Origin: Phaeosaccion multiseriatum
Lineage: Eukaryota; Protista; Ochrophyta, other classes
Reading direction: 5' to 3'
Assembly (NCBI GenBank): GCA_965112735.1
Contig: OZ218962.1
Span: forward strand, 1,302,001 to 1,366,000
DNA length: 64,000 bases
Shown here: one piece after another, positions 1 to 12,440 of the stretch
Layout of the letters: each line of letters opens with the position of its first letter
How positions within the stretch are numbered: position 1 is the first letter of the stretch
Program-made: the position numbers and the translations under genes
Notes under the pieces: model-generated
What the model was told of the DNA's origin: nothing
What the model saw: the letters and a program-made list of their open reading frames with translations, nothing else
Databases searched by the model: none

Positions 1-7
1 CTTTCAG

Positions 8-3000
8 AGAGGGACGGGCCAGCGCATTTGCCTGCTTCACTGGGACAGCTTGGGTGGGGTGGGTCTCACAAGGAACCCCCGCTTTGCTTCTTCTTTGTCG
101 GGGACGGACATCTTGTACCTCCTCTTGGACCAGAGGCACTACTCCCGCCTCACACCCTCATCCGCCTTCACCAGCAGCCGGGTCGCCCAACTGCCCGTCG
201 CGAAGCTCCTTGGAGGCGACGCCCTGCTCCTTGGAGGGGCGCGCGAAGCGAGCGACGGAGGCCAGCAGGAGGGGTCCCCGCCGGGTCAGCACTCGTCATA
301 TGTTCCGACATCGCCGAGCGGGAGAAAAAGACGCAAGTCGAACGACAAAGGCCTCAGTGCTGGTAGTGGTGCAGCGAGCGAGGCGGCGGGTCGTCAGCAG
401 TCACGTGGTTCGTCGTCGGCGGGGGGTGATGGACAAGACGCGATTTACGTCTACGGCTCCGATGAAGAGTACCCCGAGCAGCCAGCCAGCACTGGTGCTC
501 GGCTCCAATCAGCGAGCGACGAGGAGGTACGTTAGTTCACCACGTCAAGTAGCTAATTTCCGTAAGTCAATGGGGCGGGGCCAGCAAACTGAAACTTTCG
601 GAAGCCCATTGACTGACTTGATTTGCTTGTTTGGGCACCTTGGCGCTCTCCTGTCAGGTGGCATTCGAGTGGGATGGGGCCACGGACGACGAAGCAGTTC
701 GGGCGGCATACATCCGCCCGAACCAGCTTCTCGATGACAGTCAACACATGGAGCTCCTCACTCAAGCCTTGGTGAGCGAGCGAGGCAGGCCAGTGGGTGG
801 TGGCTGGCTGGTTGCTTGAATCATTTCGATTTGTTGCTTGCTTCTTTTCTTGACCCACACACACCACCTGCATTTCCTTGCTTCTAGGAGAATTGGTGGT
901 GCTCAGAACACCCCAACAGGAGGGCCGCTCCTCCAGGGCTCGGAAACGCCGCGCGCAGCCACGCTTTGGATCTGCTGGTGGTAAGGCCAAGAACAAGGGA
1001 CGACTTGACTTTGCCTCGCTCTTCTGGTTTGCTTACATGCTCCCTGTTCCCTGCTCATTAGGTCTCCGACCGTATTGTTTCGGCGCTCCCGGCCGGGCAA
1101 CAAGGAGGTGACGAGGACACCAAGTTGCCGGCACCGGAACCAAGAACAAATCAGGTAGCTACTAGTACTACAGGCAGGCACAAGCCAAGTGCTGGTGAGA
1201 GCCGCGGGGCTTTGCAAACAAACACTAACGCACAAACGTTGCTTGCACAAACAGGATGACGACTCGGGTGCGGAGGAGACCAAGGGGGGCGGCAAAGAGC
1301 AGGTGAGCGAGCTGCGGCCGGGGCTTTCTTGTAACAACAAACACCCACTCACACACACGGCGCGCACAGTCACAGCACACACAGAGAAAGACACACACGC
1401 AGCCCCCCCTCCTCCTCTCTCTCCTCTCCTCTCTTCTCTCTGTTCCTGTTGCTCTTCCTCTTTCGTCCTCCTCCCCTTCCCTCTCCCTCTTTCTTCTATC
1501 CTCCCTCCTGTCTCCCCTCTCCCCTCTCCTCCTCCTCCTCCTCCTCCTCCGCCTCCTCCTCCTGCTCCGCCTCCTCCTCCCCCTCCTCCTCCTCCTGCTC
1601 CTCCGCCTCCTCCTCCTCCTCCTCCTCCTCCTCCTCCTCCTCCTCCTCCTCCTCCTCCTCCTCCGCCTCCTCCTCCTCCTCCTTCTCCTCCTCCCTCTCC
1701 TCCCTCTCCTCCTCCTCCTCCTCCTCCTCCTCCTCCTCCTCCTCCTCCTCCTCCTCCTCCTCCTCCCCTCCCCATCCCTCCTCCTCCTCCTCCTCCTCCT
1801 CCTCTCTCCTCTCTCCTCTCCCCTTCCCCTCCCCTTCCTCTGCTCCTCCTCTCTCTTCTCTCCCTCGCTCCTCTCTTTTCTCTCCCTTCTCTCTTCTCCT
1901 CTCTCTTCTCTCTTCTCTCCCCTTCCCTCCTTCTCCTCCTCTCCTCTCTCCTCTCCCCTTCCCCTCCCCTTCCTCTGCTCCTCCTCTCTCTTGTCTCCCT
2001 CGCTCCTCTCTATTCTCGCCCCTTCTTTCCTCCTCCTCCTCCTGTCTCCTACCCCCCCCCCCCCATCTTTCCTCTCTCCCCTCTCTCTTCTCCTCTCTCT
2101 ACTCTCTTCTCTCCCCTTCTCTCCTTCTCCCCTCTCTCTTCTCCTCTCTCTCCTCTCTCTATCCCCGTTCCTCCTCCTCCTCCTCCTCCTCCTCTCCCCC
2201 TCCCCTTCCCTCCCTCGCCCCCCCCCCTCCTATCTCCCCCCCCCCCCCCCTCCTTCCTCTGCTCCTCCTCTCTCTTCTCTCCCTCGCTCCCCTCTCTTCT
2301 CTCCCCTTCCTTCCTCTCTCCTCTCTCCACTCTCCTCTGTCCTCTCTCCTCTCTCCTCTCTCTTCTCTCTTCTCTCCCCTTCCCTCCTTCTCCTCCTCTC
2401 CTCTCTCCTCTCCCCTTCCCCTCCCCTTCCTCTTTCTTCTATCCTCTCTCCTGTCTCCCCTCTCCCCTCTCCCCTCTCCTCCTCCTCCTCCTCCTCCCCC
2501 CATCCTCCTCCTCCTCCTCCTCCTCCTCCTCCTCCTCCTAGTCCTCCTCTCCCCTTCCCTTCCTCGCTCCTCGCTCTTCCTCCTCCTCTCCCCTCCTCTC
2601 CCTCTCCCCTCCTCCTCCTCCTCCTGTCCCCTTCCCCCCCTCCCCCCTCCCCCCTCCTCTCTCCTCTCTCCTCTCTCCTCTCCCCTTCCCCTCCCCTTCC
2701 TCTGCTCCTCCTCTCTCTTCTCTCCCTCGCTCCTCTCTATTCTCTCCCCTTCTTTCCTCCTCCTCCTCCTGTCTCCTACCCCCCCCCCCCATCTCTCCTC
2801 TCTCCCCTCTCTCTTCTACTCCTCCTCCTCTCTCCTACCTGCTCCCCTGCTCCTCTCCCCTCTCTCCTCCTCTCTCCTCTCTCCTCTCCCCTTCCCCTCC
2901 CCTTCCTCTGCTCCTCCTCTCTCTTCTCTCCCTCGCTCTCTCTCTTCTCTCTTCTCTCCCCTTCCTTCCTCTCTCCTCTCTCCACTCTCCTCTCTCCTCT

Positions 3001-6000
3001 CTCCTCTCTCTTCTCTCTTCTCTCCCCTTCCCTCCTTCTCCTCCTCTCCTCTCTCCTCTCCCCTTCCCCTCCCCTTCCTCTGCTCCTCCTCTCTCTTCTC
3101 TCCCTCGCTCCTCTCTATTCTCGCCCCTTCTTTCCTCCTCCTCCTCCTGTCTCCTACCCCCCCCCCCCCCATCTCTCCTCTCTCCCCTCTCTCTTCTCCT
3201 CTCTCTACTCTCTTCTCTCCCCTTCTCTCCTTCTCCCCTCTCTCTTCTCCTCTCTCTCCTCTCTCTATCCCCGTTCCTCCTCCTCCTCCTCCTCCTCCTC
3301 TCCCCCTCCCCTTCCCTTCCTCTGCTCCTCCTCTCTCTTCTCTCCCTCGCTCCTCTCTCTTCTCTCTTCTCTCCCCTTCCTTCCTCTCTCCTCTCTCCAC
3401 TCTCCTCTGTCCTCTGTCCTCTCTCTTCTCTCTTCTCTCCCCTTCCCTCCTCTCTCCTCTCCCCTTCCCCTCCCCTTCCTCTGCTCCTCCTCTCTCTTCT
3501 CTCCCTCGCTCCTCTCTATTCTCTCCCCTTCTTTCCTCCTCCTCCTCCTGTCTCCTACCCCCCCCCCCATCTCTCCTCTCTCCCCTCTCTCTTCTCCTCT
3601 CTCTTCTCTCTTCTCTCCCCTTCCCTCCTTCTCCTCCTCCTCCTCTCTCCTACCTGCTCCCCTGCTCCTCTCCCCTCTCTCCTCCTCTCTCCTCTCTCCT
3701 CTCCCCTTCCCCTCCCCTTCCTCTGCTCCTCCTCTCTCTTCTCTCCTCTGTCCTCTCTCCTCTCTTCTCTCCCCTTCTCTCCCCTTCCCTCCTCTCTCTT
3801 CTCTCTTCTCTCCCCTTCCTTCCTCTGTCCTCTCTCCTGTCTTCTTTCTCTTCTCTCCTCTCTCTTCTCTCTTCTCTCCCCTTCCCTCCTTCTCCTCCTC
3901 CTCCTCTCTCCTACCTGCTCCCCTGCTCCTCTCCCCTCTCTCCTCCTCTCTCCTCTCTCCTCTCTCTCCTCTCTCTTCTCTCTTCTCTCCCCTTCCCTCC
4001 TCTCTCCTCTCTCCACTCTCCTCTGTCCTCTGTCCTCTCTCCTGTCTTCTTTCTCTTCTCTCCTCTCTCTTCTCTCCCCTTCCCTCCTTCTCCTCCTCTC
4101 CTCTCTCCTCTCCCCTTCCCCTCCCCTTCCGCTTTCTTCTATCCTCTCTCCTGTCTCCCCTCTCCCCTCTCCCCTCTCCTCCTCCTCCTCCTGTCCCCAT
4201 CCTCCTCCTCCTCCTCCTCCTCCTCCTCTCCCCTTCCCTTCCTCGCTCCTCGTTCTTCCTCCTCCTCTCCCCTCCTCTCCCTCTCCCCTCCTCCTCCTCC
4301 TCCTGTCCCCTTCCCCCCCTCCCCCCTCCCCCCTCCTCTCTCCTCTCTCCTCTCTCCTCTCCCCTTCCTCTCCCCTTCCCCTCCCCTTCCTCTGCTCCTC
4401 CTCTCTCTTCTCTCCCTCGCTCCTCTCTATTCTCGCCCCTTCTTTCCTCCTCCTCCTCCTCTCTCCTACCCCCCCCCCCATCTCTCCTCTCTCCCCTCTC
4501 TCTTCTCCTCTCTCTTCTCTCTTCTCTCCCCTTCCCTCCTTCTCCTCCTCCTCCTCTCTCCTACCTGCTCCCCTGCTCCTCTCCCCTCTCTCCTCCTCTC
4601 TCCTCTCTCCTCTCCCCTTCCCCTCCCCTTCCTCTGCTCCTCCTCTCTCTTCTCTCCCTCGCTCCTCTCTCTTCTCTCTTCTCTCCCCTTCCTTCCTCTC
4701 TCCTCTCTCCACTCTCCTCTGTCCTCTCTCCTCTCTCTTCTCTCTTCTCTCCCCTTCCCTCCTTCTCCTCCTCTCCTCTCTCCTCTCCCCTTCCCCTCCC
4801 CTTCCTCTGCTCCTCCTCTCTCTTCTCTCCCTCGCTCCTCTCTATTCTCTCCCCTTCTTTCCTCCTCCTCCTCCTCTCTCCTACCCCCCCCCCCATCTCT
4901 CCTCTCTCCCCTCTCTCTTCTCTCTTCTCTCCCCTTCCCTCCTTCTCCTCTCTCCTCCTCTCTCCTACCTGCTCCCCTGCTCCTCTCCCCTCTCTCCTCC
5001 TCTCTCCTCTCTCCTCTCCCCTTCCCCTCCCCTTCCTCTGCTCCTCCTCTCTCTTCTCTCCCTCGCTCCTCTCTCTTCTCTCTTCTCTCCCCTTCCTTCC
5101 TCTCTCCTCTCTCCACTCTCCTCTGTCCTCTGTCCTCTCTCCTGTCTTCTTTCTCTTCTCTCCTCTCTCTTCTCTCTTCTCTCTTCTCTCCCCTTCCTTC
5201 CTCCTCCTCCCCTTCCTCTCCCCTTCCTCTGCTCCTCCTCTCTCTTCTCTCCCTCGCTCCTCTCTATTCTCTCCCCTTCTTTCCTCCTCCTCCTCCTGTC
5301 TCCTACCCCCCCCCCCCATCTCTCCTCTCTCCCCTCTCTCTTCTCTCTTCTCTCCCCTTCCCTCCTCCTCCTCTCTCCTACCTGCTCCCCTGCTCCTCTC
5401 CCCTCTCTCCTCCTCTCTCCTCTCTCCTCTCCCCTTCTCCTCCTCCTCCTCTCTCCTACCTGCTCCCCTGCTCCTCTCCCCTCTCTCCTCCTCTCTCCTC
5501 TCTCCTCTCCCCTTCCCCTCCCCTTCCTCTGCTCCTCCTCTCTCTTCTCTCCTCTCTCTCCTCTCTCTCCTCTCTTCTCTCCCCTTCTCTCCCCTTCCCT
5601 CCTCTCTCCACTCTCCACTCTCCTCTGTCCTCTGTCCTCTCTCCTGTCTTCTTTCTCTTCTCTCCTCTCTCTTCTCTCTTCTCTCTTCTCTCCCCTTCCC
5701 TCCTCCTCCTCCCCTTCCTCTCCCCTTCCTCTCCCCTCCTCCCCTTCCCTCCTCCTCCTCCTCCTCCTCCTCCTCCTCCTCCTCCTCTCCCCTTCGCTCC
5801 CTCGCCCCCCCCTCCTTCCTCTGCTCCTCCTCTCTCTTCTCTCCCTCGCTCCCCTCTCCTCTCTCCTACCCCCCCCCCCATCTCTCCTCTCTCCCCTCTC
5901 TCTTCTCTCTTCTCTCCCCTTCCCTCCTTCTCCTCCTCCTCCTCTCTCCTCCTCCTCCTCTCTCCTCCTCTCTCCTACCTGCTCCCCTGCTCCTCTCCCC

Positions 6001-6427
6001 TCTCCTCCACCTACACACACACAGAGAGAGAGAAAGACCCACACAGCAGCACCCACCACTCACATGCACACTCACGTTCCCCCCCCCCCCCCCACCCACC
6101 CACCCCCAGGAGGAGGAGCATGACCAAGGCTCGGGTGTGGAGAAGAGCCAGGGGGGTATCGGCGACGACGATGAGATCCTATGGTGGGAGTCCTCCATCA
6201 GCAGCGGATGCGACAGCGCCAGTTGCAGCGGCGATGAGGAGGGCGGCGATGAGGAGGGCAACGATGCCTGGATGGAGCAGGCATTCTTTGCCGAGGACGC
6301 GACACAAGAATCGGAAGCCCCGCCCCCCGCCGATACCGACTCCAACGTGCAGCGCCCCCCCCGAGCCGCGCAGGCTACTGCTTCACCACCGCCAGCCGCC
6401 GAGCCTGATGCAGCAGCAACAGTAGCA

Positions 6428-6510
<83 letters not shown>

Positions 6511-9500
6511 GGTTGACCGGAAGTGTGTGCAAGACTATCTGGAGAAATTGCAAGACACGGAAGTGGTGCCATGCACGGAGAGTCACTCGCCCAGCGAGGT
6601 GAAGCTGAAGGTGCTCAAAGTTGTGCAGGAGCTGGGATTGCTCGTCTCCGGCGGCTTTGCGCGGGACATTGCGATGCATGCCATGCACGGGCCGCAGGGG
6701 ACCTACAAAGGCGACATTGACATTCACGTACCTGACCGCAGTTCCCTCGGCGAAGTCTCGAACCTGCTGCAAACCGAACTTGGGAAACGCTTGGGCCTTG
6801 TGCGGTGTGAGCCTCGTGGCGGCTATGCCCGGAGGCCCTCCTCACGCGTCAGGTCGCTTTTTTTTACCAGAGAGGGAGGAGGAGCGGTACCGGAGGGGCA
6901 GCAAGGTATCCCCTTGCACAGGGACGTCACAGGGAAGCTCCTCATTCCGGATCTGAAGGCCCAGACGATTGAGGTACAGCTCGTCAACAGCATGGCCTTT
7001 CTACATGCGCCAGGAGCAGACTGTACCATCAACGCCATGTGTCTACAGGGTTGGAAACTCTCTGTCAAGCACCAGCCCAGAGGGTGGAAGGGTCCCACGC
7101 TCACAGTGGATATCGTACTGCAGCACGTGCGCAACAAGGAAACCTTCTGGGTTAGTGGAGCACCAACACACCATAAGCTGCAAAGGTTGAAGGCACTTGT
7201 AAAGCGCTTCACCGGCCTCGAGTACCGTGGCCGGGGCTCGTGGCCCTGTCTGGGGGCAGGCGACAGTAGCGGAGGAGGAGGATTGGCCGCTGCTCTCCAG
7301 CAACGAGCTAGGGAGAATGGCACCAACACGGCACTGTGCAACGACTTTCCGCTGGAGCGTATCGATGCTGTGCTCAAGCTCATTCCCTCAACACTGCTTG
7401 CCCTTTTCGAGAAGTGCTTCGATATGAAGCTGTCCGTCGAACAATTTGCCCAAGTCTTCGACAAGCTACGTCCCGTCCCGCCCCCGGAGGAGCAGGAGCA
7501 GGGGGGGGGGTGTGTCTACGCAGCCTTTGTCCACCTTAACAACAAGCCCACGCCTCAGCCCATTCAACGTGGGCCGGCAGCACAAGCTCTGGAGAACTGG
7601 CTGGCCGAGGCGGAGAGGAACGGTACGCCCGTCCCCCGCGGCTTTGCTCAGCTTGTGGAGGACATACGCAGGGGCAACCCCAACGACAATATATCCTTCA
7701 TGTACGTGGGTGAGACCGGAGCAGACGATCCCACGGGGCCGCGTTGGTGGCCACATGCGAAGCGCACCATGGCCAGTGGGGCCAAGTGCTTCAATGCCAT
7801 CATCGATGCCCTGGAGATGGCCGGAATTGTGGGCGCGGACTCCGTCTTTAAGTCCTTTCGAGTGGTTGTGCGAGCCAAAGCAACCGCTTCACCCACTGGC
7901 GGCAAGCCCATCTCGGCCTTCGAGAACCGAAAGGACTTGGAGGCCGTGGTGTGCGAGTTGCTTGGGGCGCATCGACGGAATCCAGGCCAAGACAACGGCG
8001 GCGTTATCCTCGGGACACAGACCAAAAGCGGGGGCTGTGCTCATGGCTCTGCCACTCAGGAACCCCCCACGTTTTCTTGTAGCGCAAGGGTGCAGCTCCT
8101 CCGAGCGAAGAAAATCGAACCCGATCTGCCCTACGACCAGCACCCCTCCCTGGATCTGCGTGTGTACTGCTCTAACCACATTCAGGAACACCCGCCTTCC
8201 GCCCGCTCTCGCATGTCGGATTGGCCTGGACGCGTGCCCACACTGTCGGAGGTGTACGGTTCCGTTTGCTCTCTTGGTGGTACGTCAAATGCATCGGGAA
8301 GGACCGGGCCGTCGTACAGAGGTTCCTTGCTTCGCCGTCGTGCACCGTACGCCACACTGCCATCTCATAAATCGCTCCTCACACCCTTCACACTCCCTCC
8401 CCTTCCCTCTCCTCCCATACCCTACCTCCTCCTCCTCCTCCTCCTCCTCCTCCTCCTCCTCCTCCTCCCCTTCCATCCTCTTCCTCCCTCCTCCCTCCTC
8501 TACCCTCCCTCCTCTATCCTCCCTCCTCCTCCTCCTCCTCCTGCTCCTCCTCCTCCTCCTCCTCCTCCTCCCCTTCCCCCCTCCTCCTCCTCCTCCTCCT
8601 CCTCCTCCTCCTCCTTCTCCTCCTCCTCCTCCTCCTCCTCCTCCTCCTCCTCCTTCTCCTCCTCCCCTTCCATCCCCTTCCTCCCTCCCCCCTCCTCTCT
8701 CCTCCCTCCTATCCTCCCTCCTCCTCCTCCTTCTCCTCCTCCTCCTCCTCCTCCTCCTCCTCCTCCTCCTCCTCCTCCTCCTCTTCTTCCATCCTCTTCC
8801 TCCCTCCTCCCTCCTCTCTCCTCCCTCCTCTCTCCTCCCTCCTCTTCTTCCTCCTCCTCCTCCTCCTCCTCCTCCTCCTCCTCCTCCTCCTCCTCCTCCT
8901 CCTCTCTCCTCTCTCCTCCCTTCCTTTCCTCCTCCTCCTCCTCCCCTTCCCTCCTCCTCCTCCTCCTCCTCCCTCCTCTCTCCTCCCTCCTCTATCCTCC
9001 CTCCTCTTCCTCCTCCTCCTCCTCCTCCTCCTCCTCCTCCTCCTCCTCCTCCATCTCCTGCACCTCCTCCTCTCTCCTCCCCCTCTCTCCTCCCTCCTCT
9101 ATCCTCCCTCCTCTTCCTCCTCCTTCTCCTCCTCCTCCATCCCTCCTCCTCCTCCTCCTCCTCCTCCTCCTTCTCCTCCTCCTCCTCCTCCTCCTTCTCC
9201 TCCTCCTCCCCTTCCATCCTCTTCCTCTCTCCTCCCTCCTCTATCCTCCCTCCTTCTCCTCCTCCTCCTCCTCCTCCTCCTCCTTCTCCTCCTCCTCCCC
9301 TTCCATCCTCTATCCTCCTGCTCCTCCTCCTCCTCCTCCTCCTCCTCCTCCTCCTCCTCCTCCTCCTCCTCCTCCTCCTCCTCCTCCTCCTTTTCCACCT
9401 CCTCCTCCTCCTCCTCCTCCTCCTCCTCCTCCTCCTCCTCCTCCTCCTCCTCCTCCTCTTCCTCCTCTTCCTCCTCCTCCTCCTCCTCTTCCTCCCTCCT

Positions 9501-12371
9501 CCCTCCTCTATCCTCCCTCCTCTATCCTCCCTCCTCTTCCTCCTCCTCCTCCTCCTTCTCCTCCTCCTCCTCCTCCCCTTCCCTCCTCCTCTTCCTCCTC
9601 CTCCTCCTCCTCCTCCTCCCCTTCCATCCCCTTCCTCCCTCCCCCCTCCTCTCTCCTCCCTCCTATCCTCCCTCCTCGTCCTCCTTCTCCTCCTCCTCCT
9701 CCTCCTCCTCCTCCCCTTCCATCCTCTTCCTCCCTCCTCCCTCCTCTCTCCTCCTTCCTCTCTCCTCTCTCCTCCCTCCTCCCTCCTCTTCCTCCTCCTC
9801 CTCCTCCTCCTCCTCCTCCTCCCCTTCCATCCTCTTCCTCCCTCCTCCCTCCTCTCTCCTCCCTCCTCTCTCCTCTCTCCTCCCTCCTCCCTCCTCTTCC
9901 TCCTCCTCCTCCTCCTCCTCCTCCCCTTCCATCCTCTTCCTCCCTCCTCCCTCCTCTCTCCTCCCTCCTCTCTCCTCTCTCCTCCCTCCTCCCTCCTCTT
10001 CCTCCTCCTCCTCCTCCTCCTCCTCCTCCTCCTGCTCCTCCTCCTCCTCCTCCTCCTCCTCCCCTTCCTGACTCTTCCTCCCTCCTCTCTCCTCTCTCCT
10101 CCCTTCCTTTCCTCCCTCCTCCCTCCTCTATCCTCCCTCCTCTTCCTCCTCCTTCTCCTCCTCCTCCTCCCCTTTCATCCTCTTCCTCCCTCCTCTCTCC
10201 TCTCTCGTCTCTCCTCCCTCCCTTTCCTCCTCCTCCTCCTCCTTCTCCTCCTCCTCCTCCTCCTCCTCCTCCTCCTCCTCCCCTTCTCTCCTCCTCCCTC
10301 CTCTCTCCTCCCTCCTCTTCCTCCTCCTTCTCCTCCTCCTCCTCCCCTTCCATCCTCCTCCTCCTCCTCCCCTTCTATCCTCTTCCTCCCTCCTGCCTCC
10401 TCTATCCTCCCTCCTCTCTCCTCCCTCCTCTTCCTCCTCCTCCTCCTCCTCCTCCTTCTCCTCCTCCTCCTCCTCCTCCTCCCCATCCCTCCTCCTCCTC
10501 CTCCCCATCCCTCCTCCCCATCCCTCCTCCCCATCCCTCCTCCTCCTCCTCCTTCTCCTCCTCCTCCTCTCTCGTCCCTCTCTCCTCCCTCCTCTCTCGT
10601 CCCTCCTCGCTGCTCCTCCTCGCTCCTCGCTCCTCCTCCTCCTCCTCTCTCGTCCCCTCTCCTCCCCACCCACAGCTCGCACATTCTACGTCACGCCAAG
10701 GGATGGGAAGCGTACGAAGGTTGTCCTTCCGCCGAAGGGGGCTGAGGGCGACGACGGTAATGACGCCGAGCTGGTGAAGCTGGCGAAGGCGAGGAAGGCG
10801 GAGCTGTACTCTCTGAGCGGTCGGACGGTCTACCTTCCGGAGGAGAATGGTCGGTGCACCAAGGTCGTGCTTCCATCCGACTGGACCGGGAGGGACTTTG
10901 AGGGGCTCACGCCGTTGGAGCAGCGCGCTGTGAGGGAGAAGCGGCGGGTCAGCACCAAGGACGCCAGGACTGTATCTGTGACAGTTACCAATGAGGACGG
11001 TACCGAGGAGGATGTCGAGGTTATCGTGCCGGATGATTGGGAAAAGAAATTGCTGGACGACGGCCTCAATCCCCTCATGAGGGAGGCCATCGGGAAGAAT
11101 GAAGGAGGTCTACCAAGTGAGAGGTGAGTCGAGGTGTGTCGTAAGTCCCCCCCCCCCCCACCCCCCCCAGGACCTCGCTCAGTCCAGCCATCCCTGTTGT
11201 ACACCCCTACAGCCAATGCGTGCAGCGAGAAGGGCTGTGAGTGCACCACCATGATCCCGACCGAGTGTGTGTGCAACAATCACGAGCATCGTAAGAATAC
11301 CTCGACGACTGGGACTTGCGTGGTGGCCGACACCCGCGCGAAGCTCGTGGAGATGAAGCCTAGGGCTGATGCTGACAAGTGTCGTGGGTCATGGACTGAC
11401 AACCAGTTTCGGAACCGTGGGTGTCGATTTGATGGCATAAGCCAGCTCTCCAGGGGACAGAACGGCAGCGTTTACGAGCAGTTTAGACGGGAGAACAAGC
11501 AGGCGGGGCCGCATCAGGAAGGATGCATACATTACGACCGCAACGGCAGCTACCCGGAGTGGAGGGCCTGGACCGCCGTCCCTGTAAACGCAGCCAATGA
11601 CGCACGGGATGAGGTGACACGACAGTCGATCACGACACCACCACGGGTGCAGCCAACGTACAATGCCGACGGGAGGCGTGTCCAGCTCTGCCACACCTGT
11701 GGGCATCTGCACAACACCCGCACATACGGCCCATCGGTACATCGAGACTCACAGGCAGGAGGAGGCCATCCATGCACGGTGCCACCGCGCAAGGATAAAC
11801 CCTACAAAGCCCATCCGTGCCTTCAGGATTGCTGCGTGGGCGACTGCCTGCTCTCAGATGCAGAGCGTGCCGAGGCCATTGCGAATGCCGAGGTGGTGCG
11901 CCGGAGAGCAGCCGGTCTTCTGCCTACTAGGACATCAACACAGAGAGGGGGCGCGGGTAGGGGGGGGCGTTCGACTGATCCAAATCCTGATCCAAATCGA
12001 CGGCTCCCTCTGGTCAACGGCAACAACGCCCCGCGCTGCCATAAATGCGGCCACACCTTCAACACCAAAACGTTCGGCCCCGCGCTGCATCGGGACTCCA
12101 AGGCAGGGAGAATATTGGAGCCCCGATGCCGCGTGCCACCCGAAAGACAGCGTGACAGCGGTGGTCGCATGGGTTCTCACCGCTTTGAGAGGTACCCGTG
12201 CCTTCAGGATTGCTGCGTGGGCGACTGCCTGCTCTCAGATGCAGAGCGTGCCGAGGCCGTTGCGCTGGACGACATGGTGCGCCGAAGTGAAGCCGCTCTT
12301 GCGGCTGCTGGCACTGAGGAAGCCCCAGGACAGGGAACGGCACGGGGGGGGGTGGGGGGGGGCCGGGGGGG

Positions 12372-12440
<69 letters not shown>

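Noticed and set aside
6110-8279. Penelope-like retroelement (because of the GIY-YIG domain)
   Set aside because: No reverse transcriptase motifs; the partner domain has class II NTase signatures instead.
1189-10777. Very long Pro/Ser/Leu ORFs (1658, 2928, 1099 aa) and antisense Glu/Arg/Gly ORFs as extensin-like proteins
   Set aside because: Stop codons are simply absent from C/T-only DNA, so all frames are open. Splice signals bracket the tracts, and only 6110-8279 looks like real protein.
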